This document shows positions 45,481 to 53,805 of a stretch of DNA of 64,000 nt, in pieces. The stretch is taken from positions 1-64,000 of the IMG/VR virus record IMGVR_UViG_3300022562_001644; one strand, written 5' to 3'. Position 1 is the stretch's first letter. Every line of letters begins with the position of its first letter. The DNA comes from a virus. The notes beneath the pieces were generated by a model. It did not search any database and was not told the origin of the DNA. It saw only the letters and a program-made list of their open reading frames with translations. The translations under genes were made by a program, and so were the position numbers.

Positions 45481-46197
45481 TTACGCCTGGAGATCTCGAA
45501 CCGTGGCGAACCCGGCCGGCGAACCGCTGCCCAGGCTGGTCGCCATGGACTCGGGGTCATCGCTGGTGCCCTGGCCGGCAGAGATGGTTTTGTTCGGCTT
45601 CAGCGAGTCTTTGTAGACTTGCTTCGGCGCCATGCCGGCGGTTTCGATCTTGCCGTCGTGGGCTTCGTTGCCAGCGAAGTTGGTTTCGACAGTCGGCAGA
45701 CCGCGATCACCAAGAGCCGGGGTCGACGCCGCAGACGGCGATTCGGTCATCTGGTTCTCGTTGACATCGGTGTCCATGTTGCCGGCGAGCTTCTGGAACT
45801 CATCGAAGAAGCCGCGAGCCATGATGCGGCCAGCAGCGTCATACTCCGATGCGATCTTGATGATGTCCGGAGTCTCCTCCTGAACGTACTCATCGGCCTC
45901 GGCGTCGGCCAGAGCCTCAGCCATCTTGGCAAAGTCGACGTCTTCTTCGCCGTAGTACTCTTCGCCGTAAGCTTGCGGGATGGCGGCGGCTTCTTTGACC
46001 ACGCCATCGTGCTGATTGATTGCCATGTAGATGTCTTGCAGTGAGTGCATTTGTTCCCCTCCAGAGGCGAGCTTGGTTGTGCCGACACCATCGTCGGCAA
46101 AGTTACTATCCGAGACGAATTCGCCTCCGGAATCAAAGGTTTCATCGGCGGCCGCAGCCGAACCGAACTTCTCCATCAACTCATTGAGAGTGGCCAT
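45481..46197 (-). CDS. acidic scaffold-like protein with GFFDEFQKLA motif; internal start at 46050
   Basis: AAAGGAA RBS before MATLNEL; GGAGGGG before MHSLQD. Confidence 0.75.
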   Translation of the reverse strand: MATLNELMEKFGSAAAADETFDSGGEFVSDSNFADDGVGTTKLASGGEQMHSLQDIYMAINQHDGVVKEAAAIPQAYGEEYYGEEDVDFAKMAEALADAEADEYVQEETPDIIKIASEYDAAGRIMARGFFDEFQKLAGNMDTDVNENQMTESPSAASTPALGDRGLPTVETNFAGNEAHDGKIETAGMAPKQVYKDSLKPNKTISAGQGTSDDPESMATSLGSGSPAGFATVRDLQA

Positions 46198-48133
46198 GAG
46201 TGGTTCCTTTCTTTTTCTGCGCGAGCCGCTTGATTGCTTTGAAAATGGCTGCGTCGATGGCTGCGCCAGCCAGTACAGCCGGCATGAGCTTTGAGGATGA
46301 TCCCACCGCATACAGCGCCATGTCTCCCATTGCGCTGCTGTGCTTCGTGAGGTTTTTCATCCCTTTCATCACCTGAGGTGCCAAGGCAAACGAGGCGAGT
46401 CCGGCAATATCTGGACGCATCGCTACGAAGCGATCGAATGCGTTCAGTTTTGCTCCCTGTCTCCATCGTTTTTGTTGGACGCCTGAGTAAATGTAAGCGA
46501 GGGGAATGAGGCCAATACGGGCCAATGGGTTCACCCCTGCAGTCTTGGAATGATGGTAGGCGGATGATTTCTTACCGTCAAGCCCGCGTCCTGTGCCGTT
46601 AGGACTTAATGGCATGGGCCTGTCTTGGGCGTCAAAGCCAACTGTAGCCCCGATTCCAGCACCGATTAGAATCGGAAGCAGCCACGGGTGCTTCGCCAGA
46701 GCCTTGATTGGGGCCGGTCCTTTGGTCACAAGCCCCGGGAAAGCCCTGCGGAAAACCAAGAATCCACCGGCCAGAGCCATGCTTGCTGGAAGCATTCCTC
46801 TCGTGCCCGACGAGGCCCGCAACCCCTCTTCGGTCATCGGATACCACTGGTTGCCCCTATCGTATCCGTCGAAGTCAGCTTTCTTCTCCATGTCTTGGAG
46901 GCGCCCGAGAAGAATTTCTGGGTAGCAGGACCGGTCAGCGACATAGGGTCGAAGCATCATCGCCACCTTTTCGCTGACGTCATCTTCCCCAAGCTGCGCA
47001 AATTCACTTGACCAGGATGGTGGCGTCGAGCTCGGTCTGGTCTCATCGAAAACCAGGCGATTCCGCTCGAGCTGGTCGGCGAGCTTCACATGCCCCTGCT
47101 TGATTAGGATGATTCGCTGGAATTCCTGCGGTCGAAGATCGATACCAAGAGCGGCGATAGTGCCAAGAATTTTCCGCAGAGGGAATCCGTTGGACAGTCG
47201 GTCGAGAAGTTCGGGCGGCAGCGGTCGCTCCATCCCTTTGACCGTGCCAGCGTCCTCCATAAAGGAGTTCAGCTTGGCCTTGTCCTCGGGGGTGGCCCCT
47301 TCAATGTTCGCCGCCGGCTGCGAAGGAACATCTTTCTCGATCTCGGCCCGCTTGTCCTGGGCGGCCCGCTTATCTTCTGCAGACAGCTTGGAGTAGAAGA
47401 CTTCCCCGAGTTCCGCTGACGGACGCACCTCATATGGGCGCTGAGTGTAAGCCACCTTCTTGAGGACATGGCTAGCCTTCTCGGCGCCAATGGTGACGAA
47501 GCTGATGTCGAAAAACTTCGGAAGCCTGTTGTAGGCAAAGACCCTGCGACCATCCTGCAAGATCTTGTTCATTTGGTAGCGCAGATGCGTGCAGTACTCA
47601 CCACGGTTCCGTGCGCGGTTTTTACAGATGGAGCATTCGTCCCACGGGACCTTGCAGCCCATCGAGACATCCCAGTAGTGGTTCTTTGCCAGGTCGCCAA
47701 GAATATCCTGACACTTCATGTCGTCGACGATGACGATGAGAAGAACCCGGTGCATGTTGGGGTCGTAGGCAGATAGCTTGACCTTCTCCCCGTATGCGCG
47801 CGCTGGGTCTTTGTTGACATGGTGCTTGTACGGGTAGGCGTAATGCATGAACGTCTCGTACCCGTAGTCGGCACCTTTGTGGCGGAGGGCTTCTTCGGGG
47901 AAGTAGTCTCCGTTGACGTTCGATCCGTAGTACTCGCCAGCCCCCATCGCATCGATGAGGAGCTGCGTCTTCCCGGGGATGGGCTTGGCCGACCGGATGT
48001 AGTTTTCCATCTCCGGTGGCAGCGGACGAGCCATCTTGATATGGCCGATGGTCTTGTTGACGTCGGCCTCGATGGGAAAGATGTGGGGTCCGGTAGCGTT
48101 GTCGTACCCCGCAAATGTGACAAGCTTGTACAT
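46181..48133 (-). CDS. prohead (capsid maturation) protease with long hydrophobic C-terminal extension
   Basis: N.NGDYFP, HH, VSMGCKVPWDECSIC...YCTH, NxxPKFFDISFVxxGA. Confidence 0.8.
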   Translation of the reverse strand: MYKLVTFAGYDNATGPHIFPIEADVNKTIGHIKMARPLPPEMENYIRSAKPIPGKTQLLIDAMGAGEYYGSNVNGDYFPEEALRHKGADYGYETFMHYAYPYKHHVNKDPARAYGEKVKLSAYDPNMHRVLLIVIVDDMKCQDILGDLAKNHYWDVSMGCKVPWDECSICKNRARNRGEYCTHLRYQMNKILQDGRRVFAYNRLPKFFDISFVTIGAEKASHVLKKVAYTQRPYEVRPSAELGEVFYSKLSAEDKRAAQDKRAEIEKDVPSQPAANIEGATPEDKAKLNSFMEDAGTVKGMERPLPPELLDRLSNGFPLRKILGTIAALGIDLRPQEFQRIILIKQGHVKLADQLERNRLVFDETRPSSTPPSWSSEFAQLGEDDVSEKVAMMLRPYVADRSCYPEILLGRLQDMEKKADFDGYDRGNQWYPMTEEGLRASSGTRGMLPASMALAGGFLVFRRAFPGLVTKGPAPIKALAKHPWLLPILIGAGIGATVGFDAQDRPMPLSPNGTGRGLDGKKSSAYHHSKTAGVNPLARIGLIPLAYIYSGVQQKRWRQGAKLNAFDRFVAMRPDIAGLASFALAPQVMKGMKNLTKHSSAMGDMALYAVGSSSKLMPAVLAGAAIDAAIFKAIKRLAQKKKGTTHGHSQ

Positions 48134-48774
48134 TAGGTTGGCGGCTTAAAGGTCGTATTGCTGAGCGCGTTGCGTATCCTTGGAGCCGGCACAGGAGCAC
48201 TGGCTACACTTCTCTGCGCTTGAGGCTGGAAGCTGGGGGTGAAGGACCCTTTTGGAGTGCCAGATGGGTTTAGCGCCCTCATAACGCCTCCGGCGAGCTG
48301 CTTTGCTTTGCCTACCTGCTTGCTGCCCTCAGCCTTCTGGTAGGCGTCCCAGCTCTTCTTCTTCTCAAGCCTGACCGCTCTTTCCTGATTCGTCTCCCAG
48401 GCCGGCCTATCGTACTTGGCCGCCGCGCCGCCCTTGCCCCTGTTACCAGAACCGCGCTGTTTGGACGCAGCCGGTGCTGATTCGGGCGATGAGTCGAACT
48501 TGATTCCAGGGGCTGGCCGATACTGCGCTGGTTGTTCGGTGGGCCTGTAGGCACCAGGGCTAACCCTCGAAACATTGACCGCCGGCTTCCCAAGAGGGCC
48601 AACCTCTGCCGGCTTTGGAGCCGGAGGGGATTTGGGCGCACCGCCCCCTGCCGGCTTTGAGGCCGGAGGGGGCTTGGGCTGGCTCGCCCGAAACGTACTT
48701 TGCTGCTCAAGTGGGGCCTGTGCGACCCCAAGCTTGAGCAGTTCAGTAGCGAATCCGTGCAGGAAGTGGTTCAC
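48133..48774 (-). CDS. Pro/Ala/Lys-rich disordered protein with MNHFxxGFxxELxK leader
   Basis: GTG-NHFLHGFATELLKLG. Confidence 0.7.
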   Translation of the reverse strand: MNHFLHGFATELLKLGVAQAPLEQQSTFRASQPKPPPASKPAGGGAPKSPPAPKPAEVGPLGKPAVNVSRVSPGAYRPTEQPAQYRPAPGIKFDSSPESAPAASKQRGSGNRGKGGAAAKYDRPAWETNQERAVRLEKKKSWDAYQKAEGSKQVGKAKQLAGGVMRALNPSGTPKGSFTPSFQPQAQRSVASAPVPAPRIRNALSNTTFKPPT

Positions 48775-48786
48775 GGTCAGTCAGTC

Positions 48787-49212
48787 TCAGCCCCGCTTCG
48801 GCACAGTGCCAGTTGCTCGAGAGTGAGTAACCGATTGCGAAGCTCCAAGGTCATTTTGGGGCTTCGGGGTAGAAGCCTTCCTGGATCCAGGCATACTAGA
48901 ATAGCCAGTGTTCGATGACTTGGTGTTCCCACCAGTCATTTTCGACATTGGCCAGTTTGCCTTAGTCTGCGATGGACCTCCAGACAACTTCTGGCCGGCT
49001 ACACTGTACTCGTTGTTCTTGTTAAGTTGAACGACGCCGCCCGTGAGATTCGGCGCAGCAAGCTTGCTGAGCTCATCGGCGAAACCGCGAGCCATGATGC
49101 GACCGGCGGCATCTTCTTCTTCGGCTTGCTTCCACATTTCAGCCGCTTGCTTTTCGAGCTCCTCGTCCAAGGGGACGATTTGCTGGTTGTACAGATCTGT
49201 AAGACTATCCAT
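48787..49212 (-). CDS. scaffold-paralog protein with GFADELSKLAA motif
   Basis: MDSLTDLY...EKQAAE..KQAEEEDAAGRIMARGFADELSKLAA. Confidence 0.75.
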   Translation of the reverse strand: MDSLTDLYNQQIVPLDEELEKQAAEMWKQAEEEDAAGRIMARGFADELSKLAAPNLTGGVVQLNKNNEYSVAGQKLSGGPSQTKANWPMSKMTGGNTKSSNTGYSSMPGSRKASTPKPQNDLGASQSVTHSRATGTVPKRG

Positions 49213-49238
49213 TTTCCTGCTCCTTGGTTATTGCGGGC

Positions 49239-50324
49239 TTAATCCCCGGCGACCAGTTTCTTAAGCCCGCCGAACGTTCTTCCGGCGAGACTGGGTTGTG
49301 GTTTGCGTCCAACTTTGGCCAAACGGCCAAGACCTTTCATGCCCGCGCGTCCGAGAAGGAAGGCGCCGAGACCCACGGCGAGTTTGCTCTTGGATGCATC
49401 CTCAAGCAACTTTCCACCCCTATCCACAATCTCACGACCACCTTCTTCGCCCGTTCTCACGATGTTGCGTCCGAGCTCCTCGAGGGAGACAGCAGACTTT
49501 TCCATCCCTCGGTTGTACGAGGTCCCAAGGAATCGCTGCGGCGCCGCAGGGGCGGAAGCATGCTTGCCCATCTGATGACCCGAGCCCTTGCCCATACGCA
49601 TGCGACCGCCTTCGACCAGGCCGTGACCCGTGCCGGTGTAGGCCGGTCCCTTGGCAGTGGTGCTGTGGAAGCGTTCGCCGCCAGCCTCGAGGGCCTCGGG
49701 TTGCTCGTATGATGGGCGATGGAATCCGGTCGGCAGACCGTCGCTCTCCATCACGTCAATGTCGCTTGGAGTGGCAGCCGCGGACTTCTCTTCACTGTCT
49801 TCACCCTCTTCACCCTCTTCGGCCTTGCGTTCTTTGCCGCCGGCGGCATTGGCAAGGAGGTCTTGGAGACGATCCGTGTCGTTCTCCTTCTTCTCGGACT
49901 CCTTGCTTTTCACGCCCTCGCCAGAGCCGTACATGCCGCCACCCTTGCTGCCGGGCTGAATCATGACGTTCCGGCCCACCGACTGACCGCTCAGCATGCC
50001 ATCATTGGGAGGCGAGACATTCATTCCTCCGCCGGCCGGAGTACTCGCTGCTTGCGCGCTCTTCTCGTGGAAGTTTGCGTCATCCCGGCCTGGCATGTCA
50101 CGAAAGAACCGACCAGCCTGAGGACGAGCCATCTTCTCGAAGAACAAGCCTTCGGATGCTTTCTTTTCTCGCATGGGGGGTAGGTTCTTTCTCTTGGGGT
50201 TTACCTGAGGGTTCTTCTTCTCGGGAAGATTTTTGAAGCTCTTCGTCTCGTCAGCCCACTCTTTGGCCTTACTGGGATTGGTGGCGAACATCCACCTTTG
50301 CTGGGCTTTGGACTTGAAGGGCAT
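49239..50324 (-). CDS. multi-segment head-cluster protein (MPFKSKAQQRW N-terminal motif)
   Basis: Segments separated by EKKAS, EKMA, EKSA, KHAS; C-terminal hydrophobic helix. Confidence 0.75.
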   Translation of the reverse strand: MPFKSKAQQRWMFATNPSKAKEWADETKSFKNLPEKKNPQVNPKRKNLPPMREKKASEGLFFEKMARPQAGRFFRDMPGRDDANFHEKSAQAASTPAGGGMNVSPPNDGMLSGQSVGRNVMIQPGSKGGGMYGSGEGVKSKESEKKENDTDRLQDLLANAAGGKERKAEEGEEGEDSEEKSAAATPSDIDVMESDGLPTGFHRPSYEQPEALEAGGERFHSTTAKGPAYTGTGHGLVEGGRMRMGKGSGHQMGKHASAPAAPQRFLGTSYNRGMEKSAVSLEELGRNIVRTGEEGGREIVDRGGKLLEDASKSKLAVGLGAFLLGRAGMKGLGRLAKVGRKPQPSLAGRTFGGLKKLVAGD

Positions 50325-51158
50325 TTACTTCCCCGATGCGGCCTGTCGGCGATGCTGCATGAGAGCTCGATGGTAAGCAAGAACACCTTCGCGGCGACCG
50401 ATCATGCGAGCCTGCTGGGCCACGTCCATGACATCTTTGCTGCCGCTCTCGTAGCCGGACTTTCTGCCTCTGCGCCGACCGACCTCAGCGCCAGCGGCTC
50501 CGGTTGCGCCAGCCACGAGAAGGCCTTTGCCAACACTCATCTTGCCTGGAGTTCGACCTTGGGCAGCTCGACGCCCGACCATTTGAGCAAGGCGGCCCAT
50601 CGATGGGCGAGCCATCTTGACCAGTTCGTCACCGAAGCCACTAATAAAATTCATCGCTACTTTCTCCCTTTGAGCTCGATCGAGAAGATCCTGCATGAAC
50701 TGCGCCTTGCGTGGAACCACTTCTTTGGTTTTTTCGTTGTGAATGAAGAACTCAGAGAAGGTGTCGCAGAAATCTTCCTCTGGGCTTGTTTTCGCATAAT
50801 CGTCGACAAATCCATCGCCCTTTGTTGACTCAGACCATTCTAAAACAAGGGAAGGGTCGTGTTTGAGGATGGCGTGAGCGAGCTCATGATAGACAGATCG
50901 GCGAAACTGTTCAGGATCAATCTTCCCGTCATGATACACGCCCTTGTCGAATACAACAATTGCGCCGAGCTTCGGCTCGTACTTTGAATGCCCCGGAGCC
51001 TCGGGGGGTGCATTTATGAGGACCGGCCGCCTGATGATGCTTTTGATATGGGGGTTTTGCTCGAGCCATGCCGACGGCAATGGTTTGAGCATCGCCAAGA
51101 GATGGCGAGCCTCCTGGGGCGACCATTTGCCCTCGAGCTCGACGCCGCGAATTCTCAT
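50325..51158 (-). CDS. zincin-like metallopeptidase fused to GFGDELVKMA glycine-zipper module
   Basis: VYHELAH, FVDDYAKTSPEEDF; EKVA-MNFISGFGDELVKMA. Confidence 0.75.
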   Translation of the reverse strand: MRIRGVELEGKWSPQEARHLLAMLKPLPSAWLEQNPHIKSIIRRPVLINAPPEAPGHSKYEPKLGAIVVFDKGVYHDGKIDPEQFRRSVYHELAHAILKHDPSLVLEWSESTKGDGFVDDYAKTSPEEDFCDTFSEFFIHNEKTKEVVPRKAQFMQDLLDRAQREKVAMNFISGFGDELVKMARPSMGRLAQMVGRRAAQGRTPGKMSVGKGLLVAGATGAAGAEVGRRRGRKSGYESGSKDVMDVAQQARMIGRREGVLAYHRALMQHRRQAASGK

Positions 51159-52765
51159 AGGACACGCGCGAGGTCCGAATACATCTTGGCAAGCACGCCG
51201 CCAGAAAGAGCAGCGCCAGCTGCGACCAGTCCAGCAAAGCGAAGAGGATGGCGCTCACGCCACTCGTCGTTGGTGCGGCTGTGAACCAGAGCAAGACCTT
51301 CGTCTGAGCCCGATTGAGTTCTGCGAACGTCCGCTGGGTCCATCCGCTTCCGAACCTCCTTGCCGCTTTCTGTACCGTAAAGATACAGACCGGCGAGGGT
51401 CGCAGGCACGGCAGAGATCATCGCGCCCTGGATAAATGTTGGATCGGTGCCAACTTCTTTGGCGGCCTGAGTGACCCGGTGCAGAACCTCGCGGTTGTTG
51501 ATCATGTCCTTGGACTGCTGGGCGATTTGCTTCCCAAGGAAGGCTGCGTCTCTCCCCGCCGATCTGATGCCTCGAGCGGCTTGCCCGATGAGATCTACTG
51601 GATTCATAGACCTAGCAAGGTCAGAGATGGCACCGCTGGTTTTCTCCAGGTCTTGCAGCTTCTGGGCAATCAAGTCTTCGGTCTCACCCTTCTCCTCCCT
51701 TGCCTCCCGCATGTACTTGCGAGCAAGCGAGAGCCCAACGATCGTAGGGATGGCACCGAGAACGTAGGTTCCCCACCCTGCACCAAGACGCTTGAGGGAT
51801 TTCAGCGCAGCCGCACGCCCTTCTGTCTCCTTGATGTGCTGAAGTGCGAGGACCGACGCCTTAGCCTCCGGGTAGAGAGTCGTTGCAGCAATCGTGGCCC
51901 CGGCAATCTCCGGGGCATGCCTTTGCATGAACTCAATGGCCTTGTCGTCGATGGTTCCCGGGAGAAGCTCTTTGATTCGATCACCGGCAATGAGCGCGGT
52001 GGGCAGAGCAATCTGCGCACTTCTGCGAAGCAATGGCTCCAGGTTTGCGCGAACCTTGCCAATCCGACCCTTGGTATAGTCGGCTGCGTGGCCGAGTTCG
52101 TGTAGCGCGAGCTCCTTGCTGACATCGGGGAGGTAGACGCGCTTTGTTGCGAGCTCGTATCGAGGACCAAGCATCCAGTTGAGTGGTCCCTGCTTTAGGT
52201 TTGTGGTGACACCCTTTTGAGCCAGGTTGTGCTTGTCGATGAATGAGTCGACGGTGTCCGTGATCTTGCTAACGGTACCCAGCACATTTATCCGCTTCTC
52301 CCCCAGAGGATGTTTCCAGGTGTGCTTGTACTCTGGGTTTTCTGCGAAGCGAGCGAAGGCTTCGTCGGTCTCCTTCAATACAGCCTCCGGAATGCCAGGT
52401 ATCCGAGCCTTCACATCAAAGAGACCAAGCAAGCGAGCTTTCGGATCCTTCGCACCGTAGTTGAGATCACCCAGCCGTTTCAGATCGGACGCCTGGGTCT
52501 GCCTGATGATTGTTGCGAACGGAGACTCCTTATCACCCTTCATCATTGCGTTGCGGAGGGCCACGTTGCCAAGGAAGCTGGCGACCCCGCCAACGGTGGA
52601 GCCGCCGACGGCGAGTATTCCTGCCATGGCTCGTTCCCCTGGATCAATACTTTGTGGATCCGGGTCGCGAGTGAAAGGCTTCTGCTCAATATCTTGAGCG
52701 GTATCTACCGCAGACTCTGTCGCGGTCTTCTCGTTCAAGAAGAATGTAAGGGGATCCCTGCTCAC
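51155..52765 (-). CDS. membrane-type HExxH zincin protein, multi-helix
   Basis: ALHELGHA, downstream EAKAS; several Gly/Ala hydrophobic helices; EKTA, EKTS sites. Confidence 0.75.
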   Translation of the reverse strand: MSRDPLTFFLNEKTATESAVDTAQDIEQKPFTRDPDPQSIDPGERAMAGILAVGGSTVGGVASFLGNVALRNAMMKGDKESPFATIIRQTQASDLKRLGDLNYGAKDPKARLLGLFDVKARIPGIPEAVLKETDEAFARFAENPEYKHTWKHPLGEKRINVLGTVSKITDTVDSFIDKHNLAQKGVTTNLKQGPLNWMLGPRYELATKRVYLPDVSKELALHELGHAADYTKGRIGKVRANLEPLLRRSAQIALPTALIAGDRIKELLPGTIDDKAIEFMQRHAPEIAGATIAATTLYPEAKASVLALQHIKETEGRAAALKSLKRLGAGWGTYVLGAIPTIVGLSLARKYMREAREEKGETEDLIAQKLQDLEKTSGAISDLARSMNPVDLIGQAARGIRSAGRDAAFLGKQIAQQSKDMINNREVLHRVTQAAKEVGTDPTFIQGAMISAVPATLAGLYLYGTESGKEVRKRMDPADVRRTQSGSDEGLALVHSRTNDEWRERHPLRFAGLVAAGAALSGGVLAKMYSDLARVL

Positions 52766-52774
52766 GGGGTTCCC

Positions 52775-53467
52775 CTACATCATGAGAGCTTTGGCCGCAA
52801 ATTCGCCAGCCTTGAGCGGAGCCATTTTCATGGGACCCCGATCTTCCCTCGCTTCATCAATCCTGCTTTGGGTCTCAGCGAGGTTCTTGATGTCGGCCGG
52901 CTGAATTTGGCCAAGCTGGGCGGTGGACGTCACCCAGGTTCCGGCCACGGTTGGATCGGCTGCAAGGGATGGGGCATACCTCGCGAGGACGCCGAAGTGA
53001 CGGCGGACGCGACCTGGATCGTCCTCCTCGAGCTCCTTCAGAACCGGATGCTCTTTGAACATCTGTTTGTAGGACATGTCGATCTCAGTCTTGAGCTTTT
53101 TGTCTCGGCTGTGACGCATAAGCCCGCCGATGCCAGCGGTGGCTCCAGCCGTCATGCCAGCCAGCGCCATCATCTTGCCAAGATTGGCTGCGACATCAGA
53201 CCAGCCAGCGGTCTCTGGCGGATCGCCCTTGATCGGAGGAGGTGGAGTCCTTCCACCAACCTTGAGCTTTTCAAAGAACCCACCAAGCCCACCGGAGGGC
53301 TCTTTTCTCGGAAGGCCTCGCATCGACTGAAACAGTCGGCTTGCGTATTTCCCCATCTCTTTTTTGATGAGGCGTTCACGTTGCTGGAGGACTTCGGCGG
53401 CAGCCTCCTTGGACATAAGGCCACGGCGTTGACACTCAGCGATCATTTGCAGCGATGACTTGGGCAT
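52775..53467 (-). CDS. head-cluster protein with glycine-rich hydrophobic helix
   Basis: ALAGMTAGATAGIGG; YAPSLAADP. Confidence 0.75.
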   Translation of the reverse strand: MPKSSLQMIAECQRRGLMSKEAAAEVLQQRERLIKKEMGKYASRLFQSMRGLPRKEPSGGLGGFFEKLKVGGRTPPPPIKGDPPETAGWSDVAANLGKMMALAGMTAGATAGIGGLMRHSRDKKLKTEIDMSYKQMFKEHPVLKELEEDDPGRVRRHFGVLARYAPSLAADPTVAGTWVTSTAQLGQIQPADIKNLAETQSRIDEAREDRGPMKMAPLKAGEFAAKALMM

Positions 53468-53469
53468 GA

Positions 53470-53805
53470 CTATCTCCGAAAGGCCTCTTCTTTGTATTTA
53501 CCATGGATGCGCTCGAGCTCGCGCTCAGTCGGCTTGTTCTTCATAAGCCGATTGAAATTCGTTGTCGCCGCTGGACTGACGTAGGCCTGCCTGGCTATCG
53601 GGTCGTATCCGGCATGAAGGTAGCTCTCAGCCTGCTCGCCGGATCTTCCACGCTTGTATCCCTGCCTTGCCGCAAGGGCTGTTCCGCCGACGGTCATCCC
53701 CAACCCGAGGGAATGAAGGGGGTGTTTTACAGCAAGGCCCAGAAGCTTTTTTGCAATAGCTGTCTTGACGAGCTCGTCACCAAACCCTGCAAGAAAATGG
53801 TTCAT
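53470..53805 (-). CDS. small protein with MNHFLAGFGDELVKTA leader and hydrophobic helix
   Basis: Motif at N-terminus; LGLGMTVGGTALAA. Confidence 0.75.
   Translation of the reverse strand: MNHFLAGFGDELVKTAIAKKLLGLAVKHPLHSLGLGMTVGGTALAARQGYKRGRSGEQAESYLHAGYDPIARQAYVSPAATTNFNRLMKNKPTERELERIHGKYKEEAFRR

Noticed and set aside
36537-53458. Long + strand ORFs (36537-37418, 42018-42716, 44495-45424, 52310-53458)
   Set aside because: Antisense shadows of codon-biased structural genes; no RBS or protein-like motifs.
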